From Candidatus Omnitrophota bacterium (GTDB lineage Bacteria; Omnitrophota; Omnitrophia; Omnitrophales; Aquincolibacteriaceae), in contig JBDRCT010000033.1 of NCBI GenBank assembly GCA_043821445.1, positions 69,391-133,390 of the forward strand: a stretch of 64,000 bases of DNA, written 5' to 3'. Position numbers and translations under genes: made by a program. The notes beneath the pieces were generated by a model. That model was not told the DNA's origin. It did not search any database and saw nothing but the letters and a program-made list of their open reading frames with translations. Below, in pieces: positions 21,570 through 30,146 of this stretch; the stretch's first letter is position 1, and each line of letters opens with the position of its first letter.

Positions 21570-21605
21570 GTCATCCTTCAAAGGTAGCAGACCCCTAAGG
21601 ATGAC
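21570..21605. terminator. Hairpin downstream of the hypothetical gene
   Basis: GTCATCCTT ... AAGGATGAC inverted repeat; no clear U-tract. Confidence 0.4.
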
Positions 21606-21626
21606 CTTCTCAAAAATTTCTACGGC

Positions 21627-22022
21627 TTAAGAAATTTGCTCCCAGGGATCGTCTTTTGGTTTGGTGTTGGCTGAAGGTGTCTTTTTTGAGTTCCCATGGG
21701 AAAGCCTATAAAGGGACTCCAGTTCCATGATCTGGGAATCTCGCACGGCTTCTCTTTCAACACGGCGAACCAAACGCCTGAGCGCTCCAAGACGAATGCC
21801 AAGTTTCTCAATACAAAGTGTGGTTAAAAGCCGGGCCAGGATATTCACATGAACTTCCATGCTCGTCAGGCGATCATCCGCCCGTTCCCCGCCCTCTGCC
21901 GCCTTGACCACCTCTTTTTTAAGATCCGCGAGCTTCGCATAGAGGGAAAGAACTTCCTTAAATGTCCCTCCCCCCCTTTTGCCGACAGATTTGAATTTTC
22001 TGGAACGTTTTCTCTTGGCCAT
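21627..22022 (-). CDS. Hypothetical helical protein
   Basis: Co-oriented ORF MAKRKRSRK...DDPWEQIS; start moved to ATG 22022; no family recognised. Confidence 0.75.
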   Translation of the reverse strand: MAKRKRSRKFKSVGKRGGGTFKEVLSLYAKLADLKKEVVKAAEGGERADDRLTSMEVHVNILARLLTTLCIEKLGIRLGALRRLVRRVEREAVRDSQIMELESLYRLSHGNSKKTPSANTKPKDDPWEQIS

Positions 22023-22042
22023 AGTATCTGTCTCTCGAATCA

Positions 22043-22112
22043 AAGCGTAACACATAAAACGGCACAAGGCGCAAAGCGCAAAGTTTTTAGCCTCAGGCTT
22101 TAAGCTTTACGT
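22043..22112. repeat. Degenerate inverted heptamer array (AGCGCAA-type)
   Basis: ggcacaa ggcgcaa agcgcaa ... ttaagct ttacgtc at a gene junction. Confidence 0.5.
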
Positions 22113-23320
22113 CATGAGTTGTCGCCGACGAATTCTAGCAGATCGCACTCAGGATAAAGACGCGTCAAATACGTTAACGCGAACACTCGAAAGAAGATCA
22201 CCACCGGCAACATGACCATGCCGATCACCACGATCACAGCCAGGATGAGCGCCATTGCCGCAAGACCCCCAAGGATGATAAGCGGAAGCTTCAGGAATGG
22301 AAGAACATTGATCAAGATAATCCCTGGAATTGCCATGAGCCCGCCAGCGATTACTCCGCCAATCACTGCAAAAATGCCGACGATGCTCTGAGCGATCATG
22401 GCGAGAATCCACAAACCGAAGACCACGAGAAGATATTGGAACGCCTTTCCAAAAGCAAATGTACCGGCCCTCAGAAGTTTATTCAACGCGCTCATCGCTG
22501 GGATCTTTTCACAATACATGAGCGGGAGAACAAAGTCGCGCATGATGGTTCCGACAAAGACCACGGCCACTACCACCGCCAGAACAAAAAGACCCCCGAG
22601 AATCATGAGAGGGATCCCTATCACCGGACTCCATTTCATCATTCCCAAAGAAAGCATTATCAGCAGTCCTGCCGATAAAAAAGCGGTAAGCCCGATCCCC
22701 ATGAAAGCCAGCGTCCATGCAAAATAGGAATTCCCTGCCTCCTTGTGCTTTCTGAACGGTCCTCCGATCGCCGGTTCCCGCGTCAGAATCGCATTCAGGA
22801 GTACGAAATTGAACCGGCTCGATAGCCACACAAAGAATACCGCGAAGGCAACCCCGAGAGAAATGATCCCAGCTGCGACCCATGCCACCCCGATAAGATT
22901 GACCTTGGATTTCAAACGATCCATCCCTGCTCTGATTTTTGCCATGGGGTCCGCATTGGGGCTTGCAGAAGGGGACCTCATTTCGTTTTGTGTCGGCGCT
23001 TGGATCTGCTCCGTGGAAGGAGTCGAAATCCCGGCGACCGCGGGAGTCTCGACCGGTGAGACCGAAGACATTTGCTCCGCCCCTTGCTGGGATATCCCTG
23101 AAGAAGGTTTTGCCATGGTGTTTTCCCCGGACACTGAAGAGGAACGGACGGATTTTTTTGGAATGTTAAAATTCGCACTGAATCCCTGAATGCCCGCGCC
23201 TGCAAGCCAGACGACAATCAGCGCCTTGAGCCAGCGTTTGAAATGAAACGGAAAAAGGATCTCCCGGCTTTTCGCCCAAGAGAACTTGATCATGTTTCTG
23301 ATCGTGGAAGCGCCGTTCAT
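22112..23320 (-). CDS. Multi-pass membrane protein of unknown function with a Ser/Pro/Gln-rich loop
   Basis: About 7 hydrophobic segments; LFPFHFKRWLK near the N-terminus. Confidence 0.85.
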   Translation of the reverse strand: MNGASTIRNMIKFSWAKSREILFPFHFKRWLKALIVVWLAGAGIQGFSANFNIPKKSVRSSSVSGENTMAKPSSGISQQGAEQMSSVSPVETPAVAGISTPSTEQIQAPTQNEMRSPSASPNADPMAKIRAGMDRLKSKVNLIGVAWVAAGIISLGVAFAVFFVWLSSRFNFVLLNAILTREPAIGGPFRKHKEAGNSYFAWTLAFMGIGLTAFLSAGLLIMLSLGMMKWSPVIGIPLMILGGLFVLAVVVAVVFVGTIMRDFVLPLMYCEKIPAMSALNKLLRAGTFAFGKAFQYLLVVFGLWILAMIAQSIVGIFAVIGGVIAGGLMAIPGIILINVLPFLKLPLIILGGLAAMALILAVIVVIGMVMLPVVIFFRVFALTYLTRLYPECDLLEFVGDNS

Positions 23321-23326
23321 GCTTAA

Positions 23327-23451
23327 CCCCGCTGGAGACAGAAAGTGTTTTTAAAACACTTACAACAAGTCATCAGGAAAACCGCTTAAAACATTCGCGA
23401 CTTGACAACTGAGAAGGAATCTTCTTTTTGCCCCTAGAATCTCTCATGGGA
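23327..23451. mobile_element. Degenerate CCCCGTTA-type element
   Basis: CCCCGCTGGAGA ... TCTCTCATGGGA, 125 bp; internal hairpin AAGTGTTT/AAACACTT at the same position as in the 127-bp copies. Confidence 0.55.
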
Positions 23452-23459
23452 CGAAAGCA

Positions 23460-23497
23460 AAGATTCTCCTCCGCGGTCACCCACGGAGGAGAATCTT
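23460..23497 (-). terminator. Strong hairpin after the RDD gene
   Basis: Perfect 14-bp stem AAGATTCTCCTCCG / CGGAGGAGAATCTT. Confidence 0.65.
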
Positions 23498-23524
23498 CAA
23501 AACTCAACAAAACCCTGACAGCCC

Positions 23525-23914
23525 TTAGGCTTCAACCACCTGCGTCTTAGCCCAATTGTCCGCAAGACGATGCCCTTTGATGATCAGCATCACGATCTCA
23601 ACAATATACCCCACCACAAGCACGAACGGAATGATCAAAAGAATGTTCCGAATCAAACCCTGCAACCATGTCACTTTTTCCCCCGTAAGGCTGATGAGCT
23701 TGATCTTGACCATCGCCCGCCCCGGAGAGTAGACCGCGTCACGAAACACCAACCAAAGGATATTGACGATCACAAGCACAATGCTGCGCACCGTGTCCGG
23801 AGCCGCCAAAAGAACCAAGCCAATCACAATCCCTAGAACGATGGGAATAACAACCAGATCGATCAGTCCCGCCGCGAACCTCTTCCCCTTATTTGCTGGC
23901 ACTAATCCTTCCAT
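23525..23914 (-). CDS. RDD-family membrane protein
   Basis: KRFAAGLID, SPGRAMVKIK, LIRN and HRLADNWAKTQV motifs. Confidence 0.9.
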   Translation of the reverse strand: MEGLVPANKGKRFAAGLIDLVVIPIVLGIVIGLVLLAAPDTVRSIVLVIVNILWLVFRDAVYSPGRAMVKIKLISLTGEKVTWLQGLIRNILLIIPFVLVVGYIVEIVMLIIKGHRLADNWAKTQVVEA

Positions 23915-23970
23915 CTTTAACTCCTTTCGTTTGAAAAACCTTCTTTAACAAGACATGGTTTTCACATAAA

Positions 23971-23999
23971 ACTCTATAGAGGAAACACCCGTCTGTCAA
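23971..23999 (-). promoter_or_regulatory. Sigma70-type promoter for the RDD gene
   Basis: TTGACA, 17 bp spacer, TAGAGT. Confidence 0.65.
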
Positions 24000-24099
24000 A
24001 ACTTTTTTCCCGCTCTGACCTATCTAGTAACGACCTGCCCGCACCGAAGCTTAACGGACGAAATAGGCGCACCCGTCATCCCCATCAAACAAGTGACAG

Positions 24100-25461
24100 T
24101 CACCTGCTGTGATACTTCCCGTCGCTCCCCCTTTTGATCTTTCCGTCCAGCTCCATCCTCAGCAAAATGACTGGCAATTTTGCGGACTCGAGTCCGGTAA
24201 ACTCCATCATCTCGTCCGGCCCCAGAGGGCCCTCATCTTTAAGAAGTTCTAAAATAACCGGTTCATCTTCCATGTGAGTGTCCCCGATTCGCCACAAATC
24301 GTTGGACGAATTCTTCCTTTGGCGAAAAAGGTGACTTTCCTGACTTTTGTTTTCTTTTTCTTTATGGTAGTCAGGACTGCCCCGATCTCCGCCCAAACTT
24401 TTCATTTCTTTTCCCAATGGTAGTTTGAACGGCCCCAATCTCCGCTCCGCTGCGACTGAATCGGTATTGGAACCGCTTCGCTCTGAATGAAAAGAATGGG
24501 GACTGTCACCTGTCTTTGTCTTTTCTTCTGGAGTTGCCGTACTAGATTCCTCAATGGGAGTTTGAGATGCCGGCTCGAATTTATTTTCCCATTTCAACCG
24601 ATCCGCCAAAGCAAGCAGAATATCCTCGAAAGTCTCCACCAGGCACGCGCCTTCCTTAATGAGCTGATGGGCTCCGCGTGACGTTAGTTGGTCCACGGGC
24701 CCCGGAAGCGCAAAAACCTCCCGTCCTTGTTCCACCGCTTGATGCGCCGTAATGAGAGATCCGCTTCGAGAATGGGCTTCGACCACGAATGTGGCATACG
24801 AAAGCCCCGACAGGATCCTGTTTCGGCGCGGAAAATTCTCCGGAAGAGGCGGCATTCCCAAAGGATATTCACTTAAAATCGCGCCCCTCTCCAAAATTCT
24901 CTGAAAAAGATTTTCGTTCTCCTTGGGATAGATCACATCGAGTCCGCATCCCATTACCGCGATCGTGCGACCGTAAGAGATATGAAGTGCGCCGTCGTGC
25001 GCAACTTGGTCGATCCCGCGCGCCAACCCGGAGATGATCGTAAGCCCCCTTGCGGCCAACTCCTGGGCAAAGCGTTTTGCTTGCGTCCGTCCATAAATAC
25101 TCGGGTGCCGCGTTCCCACGATGGCGATGGCATTCCTGTCATTCTCGATCAAGGTTCCTTTTCTATAGAGAAGAAGCGGCGGATCCGCGACTTCTTTAAG
25201 CATGGCCGGATAATCTCCGTCGGAGTAGAGCAAAAAATCGATCCCTTTTTGAACGCAAAGTTCGATCTCTTTTTCCGCATTAAAGGGTGCTACGTTTTCC
25301 GGAGCCGAAAAATCCTTAAGCAGATCCTCGGACTCCATGCGTTTCACGACTTCCTGGGCGCTCTTCCCCTCCGAGAGAAGCGCCAAGACCCTGCGACGAC
25401 CTTCGATCCGCAACCGGTTCAACGCTAAAAACGCCAGGATCTCCTTCTCTTCAATGGACAT
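24100..25461 (-). CDS. dprA: DNA-processing protein DprA with an expanded linker
   Basis: YPAML..DPP, IAIVGTR, SGLARGID, FPRRNRILSGLS and SGSLITA; C-terminal winged helix. Confidence 0.96.
   Translation of the reverse strand: MSIEEKEILAFLALNRLRIEGRRRVLALLSEGKSAQEVVKRMESEDLLKDFSAPENVAPFNAEKEIELCVQKGIDFLLYSDGDYPAMLKEVADPPLLLYRKGTLIENDRNAIAIVGTRHPSIYGRTQAKRFAQELAARGLTIISGLARGIDQVAHDGALHISYGRTIAVMGCGLDVIYPKENENLFQRILERGAILSEYPLGMPPLPENFPRRNRILSGLSYATFVVEAHSRSGSLITAHQAVEQGREVFALPGPVDQLTSRGAHQLIKEGACLVETFEDILLALADRLKWENKFEPASQTPIEESSTATPEEKTKTGDSPHSFHSERSGSNTDSVAAERRLGPFKLPLGKEMKSLGGDRGSPDYHKEKENKSQESHLFRQRKNSSNDLWRIGDTHMEDEPVILELLKDEGPLGPDEMMEFTGLESAKLPVILLRMELDGKIKRGSDGKYHSR
24274..24512. repeat. 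Chain of REP-like (GGTGACWGTCMCC-type) hairpins in frame in dprA
   Basis: Segments joined by 5-bp cores AGTGT/ACTTT/ACTGC/ACGGC/ACTGT; 225 bp from the first to the last core; solo palindrome GTGACAGTCAC at 24093-24103. Confidence 0.65.
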
Positions 25462-25516
25462 GGGGAGGCCCTTTTATCCGCAGTGGGCCGAGACAACTTC
25501 GTTTTTTCATAAGAGA

Positions 25517-25545
25517 AGTATAATTGATTATTTATTTAAAATCAA
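25517..25545 (-). promoter_or_regulatory. Sigma70-type promoter for dprA in an AT-rich spacer
   Basis: TTGATT, 17 bp spacer, TATACT. Confidence 0.55.
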
Positions 25546-25617
25546 TATTTATTTAATTAAAATAAACTCCTTAAAAAAGGCCTTTTTGTGGCAATTAAAA
25601 CTGGCTTGGGAGGGAGC

Positions 25618-26715
25618 TTACTTTGCGCCGGCGAAATGAAGGATTTTGCGGACGTTCTCGCTGGGGATATTTTTCTCGACAGTGACTTTACCGATGCGCC
25701 GGGGCAGGACAAAATGCAATGCCCCTTTATTTTTCTTCTTGTCCGTCATCATAGTTTTCAGGATCGCAGAGGCTTTGAGGTTGAATTTTTTGATCGAAAC
25801 CGGCAGTTTCATGGAAATAAGAAGCTTCATCTGACGCCATGGAAGTTCTTGCGGGCAAAGCCCGAGATCCGCAGCAAGCTGCGCCGCCATCATCATTCCG
25901 ATCGCGACCGCTTCCCCATGGACCAGGCCCTTATAACCCAGCGTCCCTTCGATCCCATGCGCAAAGGTATGGCCATAGTTAAGAATCGCACGTTCCCCTT
26001 TTGTTTCAAACTCATCATGGCTCACAACCCCAGCTTTGATCTTTGCGCAGGCAAGAACGACTTTTTCGATCACTCTAAGATCTTTTCGCAGTATTTTTTT
26101 GTAATTTTTCTCCAGGAAATGGAACAGGGCGGGATCGCGGATCACACCGTATTTCACAACCTCCCCCAAAGAAGCGCAAAGTTCCCGCTGCGGAAGCGAA
26201 CGGAGCATGCTTACATCCGAGATCACAAGGACCGGGGGCCAAAAAGAGCCCATGAGATTTTTTCCTTCCTTGAGGTCGATCGCGGTCTTTCCTCCGATCG
26301 CACTGTCCACTTGGGCGAGCAAGGTCGTTGCAATATTCACATAACGGATCCCGCGCAGATAGACCGATGCCGCGAATCCCGCAAGATCACTCACCACCCC
26401 CCCGCCCACGGCCACGATCCCGTCCCTGCGTTCAAATCCCTTCTCAAGAAGATCGCAGGAGAGCCGGAACAGTTCTGCCCCGGATTTCGCGATCTCACCG
26501 TCCGGAAGCATGTGGGAATAAATCTCGAAACCTTTTTTGGAAAGTGATGAGGAGATGACTTTCAGATAGGGCGCAAGGTTCTTCTGGGAAACGATCATAA
26601 GTTTCGTTCCGGATTTAAAAATCGCGGCGCTCTGCGCACCGGCCTGCGCCAAAAGATCCCGGCCCACGCAGATCTTGTAATTTCCCTTCGCGCTCCTGAC
26701 TTGTATTGTTTTCAT
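25618..26715 (-). CDS. aroB: 3-dehydroquinate synthase
   Basis: GGGVVSDLAGF, TTLLAQVDSAIGGKT, LNYGHTFAH, HGEAV and DKK motifs. Confidence 0.97.
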   Translation of the reverse strand: MKTIQVRSAKGNYKICVGRDLLAQAGAQSAAIFKSGTKLMIVSQKNLAPYLKVISSSLSKKGFEIYSHMLPDGEIAKSGAELFRLSCDLLEKGFERRDGIVAVGGGVVSDLAGFAASVYLRGIRYVNIATTLLAQVDSAIGGKTAIDLKEGKNLMGSFWPPVLVISDVSMLRSLPQRELCASLGEVVKYGVIRDPALFHFLEKNYKKILRKDLRVIEKVVLACAKIKAGVVSHDEFETKGERAILNYGHTFAHGIEGTLGYKGLVHGEAVAIGMMMAAQLAADLGLCPQELPWRQMKLLISMKLPVSIKKFNLKASAILKTMMTDKKKNKGALHFVLPRRIGKVTVEKNIPSENVRKILHFAGAK

Positions 26716-27233
26716 GGTTTGGCCCTTAATATTTCCTGAATCTCGCCTGCGATATCCTCAGCGATCTTGCCATCCGTCCCCACGGAAAAATAACAAGCCT
26801 TTTCATAGAAAGGTTCACGATCGCTCAAGATCTGCCGAAGCGCGCCGTAAGGATCGGATTTGTTGAGAAGCGGACGATCCTTGGAGTACCGGACCCTCTG
26901 CCACAAAGATTCCGCGGACGCTTGAAGCAAAATAACTTTTCCCGTCTCTCTCATTAACTGCACATTCGTCTCACGCAGGACAATGCCTCCGCCTGTCGCA
27001 ATCACCTGCTTCTCCTGCTTTGAAAAACGATCGAGGACCGACGATTCCACATCACGAAAATGAGGCTCTCCTTTTTGCGCGAAGATCTCAGGAATAGAAC
27101 GCCCCTCTTTTGCCTGGATCTCGGCATCCAGATCCACGAACGTATAGCCGAGCCGTTCCGCCAGGACTTTCCCGGTCACGGTCTTGCCTGAACCCATCAT
27201 GCCGATCAGATAAATGTTGCTGGCGCTAGACAC
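26712..27233 (-). CDS. aroK: Shikimate kinase
   Basis: GMMGSGKT, GEPHFRDVE, ATGGG and RPLL motifs. Confidence 0.97.
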   Translation of the reverse strand: MSSASNIYLIGMMGSGKTVTGKVLAERLGYTFVDLDAEIQAKEGRSIPEIFAQKGEPHFRDVESSVLDRFSKQEKQVIATGGGIVLRETNVQLMRETGKVILLQASAESLWQRVRYSKDRPLLNKSDPYGALRQILSDREPFYEKACYFSVGTDGKIAEDIAGEIQEILRAKP

Positions 27234-28344
27234 GGATATGTTTTAAATAACCTTCGTAATTACGACGGATCTCTCCAAGAGAATCGCCGCCGAATTTCTC
27301 GAGAAAGGCATCCGCGAGCGTGTACGCCACAAGCGCTTCCCCGATCACGCTTCCGGCCGGCACTGCGCAAACGTCGCTGCGCTCAAAATCTGCCTTCTCC
27401 ACTTTTTTCGTTTTCATGTTCACCGATGCGAGAGGTCGCGCAAGCGTCGATATCGGCTTCATCGTGAGACGCACCACAAGATCTGCGCCGTTCGTCATCC
27501 CGCCTTCAATCCCCCCGGCATGATTGGTCTTATGAAAATAGCCACGAGCTTTCCCATAGAAGATCTCGTCATGCGCTTCGGAACCCGGCACGCCGGCGAG
27601 CCCCACTCCCCCCCCGATCTCGACCGCCTTCGCGGACTGCTGGCTCATAAGGATCATGGCAAGCCGCGCGTCGAGCTTTCTTTCAAAATGAACGTAAGAG
27701 CCCAATCCGATCGGCAGACCCGTGACACGAACTTCGTATTTCCCGCCAAGCGAATCTCTGTTCTTCATGGCTTTCGCGATCGCCTGCATCATGGCTTTCT
27801 CGGTCTTTTTGTCAATGCATCGAACGGGTGAATCCTCGGCACCCTTTCGAATTTCTTCAACCGTAATATCCCGTTCCGGGAGCAAAACGCTCCCGACCTG
27901 GACCACATGAGCGGCGATCTCGATATCGAATGCTTTGAGAAAAAGCTTGCAGGCCGCACCCACCGCAACACGCATGGCGGTCTCACGTGCGCTTGAACGT
28001 TCCAAGACCGCACGAATCCCCTGGTCATATTTAAGAGATCCCGCAAGATCCGCATGTCCTGGCCGGGGACGGAAGAGTTCCGGCATTTCTTCGATCTTGA
28101 AGTCCTTGTTCGAAAGAAGAAACCCCAACGGCGCACCGGTCGTGACCTTCTTGATCACGCCCCCTATGATCTCCACGCCATCCGTTTCGATCTTTTGTCT
28201 GCCTCCGCGTCCATAACCTCCCTGACGGCGGCGCATCTCACCATTAACAAAATCAAGGTCGATCATGAGACCGCTTGGAAAACCTTCCAGGATGGCGGCC
28301 ATGTAATGTCCGTGAGACTCTCCCGCAGTAATATATTTGAGCAT
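27226..28344 (-). CDS. aroC: Chorismate synthase
   Basis: TAGESHG, RPGHAD, ERSSARET, GGIEGG and MKPIST motifs. Confidence 0.98.
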   Translation of the reverse strand: MLKYITAGESHGHYMAAILEGFPSGLMIDLDFVNGEMRRRQGGYGRGGRQKIETDGVEIIGGVIKKVTTGAPLGFLLSNKDFKIEEMPELFRPRPGHADLAGSLKYDQGIRAVLERSSARETAMRVAVGAACKLFLKAFDIEIAAHVVQVGSVLLPERDITVEEIRKGAEDSPVRCIDKKTEKAMMQAIAKAMKNRDSLGGKYEVRVTGLPIGLGSYVHFERKLDARLAMILMSQQSAKAVEIGGGVGLAGVPGSEAHDEIFYGKARGYFHKTNHAGGIEGGMTNGADLVVRLTMKPISTLARPLASVNMKTKKVEKADFERSDVCAVPAGSVIGEALVAYTLADAFLEKFGGDSLGEIRRNYEGYLKHIRV

Positions 28345-28345
28345 A

Positions 28346-29134
28346 TTAGACTCCGTAGGTTCTTGATAAAAAATTCAGAACGGCGTCCCCTTCCATGAAA
28401 ATAAACGCCCCCGCGAGCGCCAGGAACGGCCCAAAAGGAATTGTTTCTTCTTTTTTTACAAAACGCTGCCAGAGGGCGAATGGCAAGGCCGGAAAGGGGG
28501 CGAGAAAAAAAATAAGGCCGACTTTCGTTACCCCGACAAAAGCACCGATCATGGCCAGAAGTTTCACGTCCCCGCCGCCCATGCTGTCCTTGCGAAAAAC
28601 CAGTTTTCCGAGATATCCGATCAAGAGAAGGCCCCCCCCTCCCACCAAAAGACCGGCCCCGGAAGCGAGAAGTTTTTGATACCAGAATGTTTGCGTAAAA
28701 TGCCCGTGATCGGCCACGCTGAGCCCTAACCCCAAGATCATCCCTGCGATCGTGATCTGATCCGGGATCAGGCCGGTCTCAAAATCCGTCATGGTGACGA
28801 CAATGATCATGGTAAAAAAGATCGCGCTCGTCACAAATTCGACCGACAGACCATACCGTTGCCATAGCAACAAGGCGATCCCGGCCGTGATCAATTCCAC
28901 GAGAAAATAGCGGAAGGCGATCGGTTCTCGGCAGCGGAAACATTTTCCGCGAAGCAGAAGATAGCTCGCAAGCGGTATATTTTCATACCAGGGTATCATC
29001 GCCTTGCAATGCGGACAAAAGGACCTGGGAAGCACGATCGAAAGATCGCGCGGCATCCGATAAATACAAACATTCAAAAAACTCCCTACAACGGCCCCGA
29101 TAAAAAAAACAAACCACGGCGTCATTGAATCCAA
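28346..29134 (-). CDS. pilD: Type IV prepilin peptidase (A24)
   Basis: GSFLNVCIYRMP, two CxxC pairs, GGGDVKL and PFGPFL motifs. Confidence 0.95.
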   Translation of the reverse strand: MDSMTPWFVFFIGAVVGSFLNVCIYRMPRDLSIVLPRSFCPHCKAMIPWYENIPLASYLLLRGKCFRCREPIAFRYFLVELITAGIALLLWQRYGLSVEFVTSAIFFTMIIVVTMTDFETGLIPDQITIAGMILGLGLSVADHGHFTQTFWYQKLLASGAGLLVGGGGLLLIGYLGKLVFRKDSMGGGDVKLLAMIGAFVGVTKVGLIFFLAPFPALPFALWQRFVKKEETIPFGPFLALAGAFIFMEGDAVLNFLSRTYGV

Positions 29135-29135
29135 G

Positions 29136-30146
29136 TCATTTCCCCCGTTTGTTGAGAGCGTTAAGAAGCGCCCGGCGCATCACGCCCGCCGGCGCCTTTC
29201 GTCCCGTCCAAAGTTCCAAAGCCCGAGCGCCCTGATAAAGCAGCATCCCGAGCCCGTTGAGGGTCCGATGCCCTTTCTTTTTCGCCATCTTTAAAAAAGG
29301 TGTTACGGCCGGATTATAAATAAGATCCATAAAAAACTTCGGGCCGTAGCTTGCTTTTTTCGAGGCTCGCCCCCGCAGAGTTACTTGAACCCTTCCCGCT
29401 TGAGGGATCCAACTTTCCGGAACCACCTTCGGGTCTTGAGACCTCAGCCCGATCGGCGTCGCGTTGATAACAACATCGGCTTTTTGAAGAGCCTCCTTGA
29501 CCTCCGATGTTCCAGCCGCCACGGCATGGTAACCCACCTGTTTGAAAAGTTTCCGCATCTTCCTTGCGATTTTCCGGGCTTTTTGCGGAAAACAATCCGC
29601 AATCAGGATCTCCCGGATACCTGCCCGCGAAAGACCATAAACCACCGCACGTGCCGCGCCACCGGCCCCGAGGATCACGGCCTTTTTTCCGGACGGGCGA
29701 AACCCTCCTTCCTTCATGATCGCCCTGAGAAAACCTTCCATGTCCGTATTCGTACCTATCCACTGTCTTCCTTGTTTGAAAACAGTATTTACCGCGCCGA
29801 TAGCACGCGCTTCCGGCCGGATGCTGTCGAGATATTTCATCACCGTCTCTTTGAAGGGCACCGTGACATTAAAACCTGAAAGAGAAAGCTTGGAGGATCG
29901 GCGCATGAGCTTTTTGAAATCGACGGGAGTCGATTCTAAAACGATATAGTGGGCGTCGATCCCGAGCCTGCAAAACGCAGCTTCGTGCATGGCCGGAGAA
30001 AGAGTATGCGAAAGGGGGTACCCGAAGATCCCGTAAAGCTTAAAGGCCTTGTCCTGGCATCTGTTTTTTTCTGACTGAAGGTTGCCAGGACTAGTCCAAT
30101 TAACCTTCAAATTTTTTGATTGGGAATTGGGCTTGTCTTTTTTCAC
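29136..30146 (-). CDS. aroE: Shikimate dehydrogenase with two insertions
   Basis: HTLSPAMH, NVTVPFK, GAVNT, NTD, GAGGAAR, NATPIG, DLIYNP and GMLLYQG motifs. Confidence 0.96.
   Translation of the reverse strand: MKKDKPNSQSKNLKVNWTSPGNLQSEKNRCQDKAFKLYGIFGYPLSHTLSPAMHEAAFCRLGIDAHYIVLESTPVDFKKLMRRSSKLSLSGFNVTVPFKETVMKYLDSIRPEARAIGAVNTVFKQGRQWIGTNTDMEGFLRAIMKEGGFRPSGKKAVILGAGGAARAVVYGLSRAGIREILIADCFPQKARKIARKMRKLFKQVGYHAVAAGTSEVKEALQKADVVINATPIGLRSQDPKVVPESWIPQAGRVQVTLRGRASKKASYGPKFFMDLIYNPAVTPFLKMAKKKGHRTLNGLGMLLYQGARALELWTGRKAPAGVMRRALLNALNKRGK
29346..29384. repeat. Small palindromic insertion in aroE
   Basis: GTAGCT-TGC...CGAG G CTCG...GCA-G-AGTTAC hairpin; encodes VTLRGRASKKASY just before the DLIY motif. 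Confidence 0.5.
30048..30135. mobile_element. Double-hairpin element, copy 4 (in frame in aroE)
   Basis: CTTG|tcctggc..39..gccagga|CTAG|tccaatt..37..aattggg|CTTG; removing 84 bp gives MKKDKAFKLYGIFG. Confidence 0.9.

Noticed and set aside
22940-23160. Low-complexity loop in the membrane protein as another element insert
   Set aside because: Only a weak internal duplication (GISQQGAEQM / GISTPSTEQI); no inverted repeats or cores.
24274-24512. CRISPR array or integron cassette array
   Set aside because: The repeats are short, degenerate and irregularly spaced, with no cas or intI gene and no GTTRRRY/RYYYAAC attC boxes.
25500-25600. AT-rich tract as a dif site or replication origin
   Set aside because: No XerC/XerD arms or DnaA boxes recognised; it is explained by the dprA promoter region.
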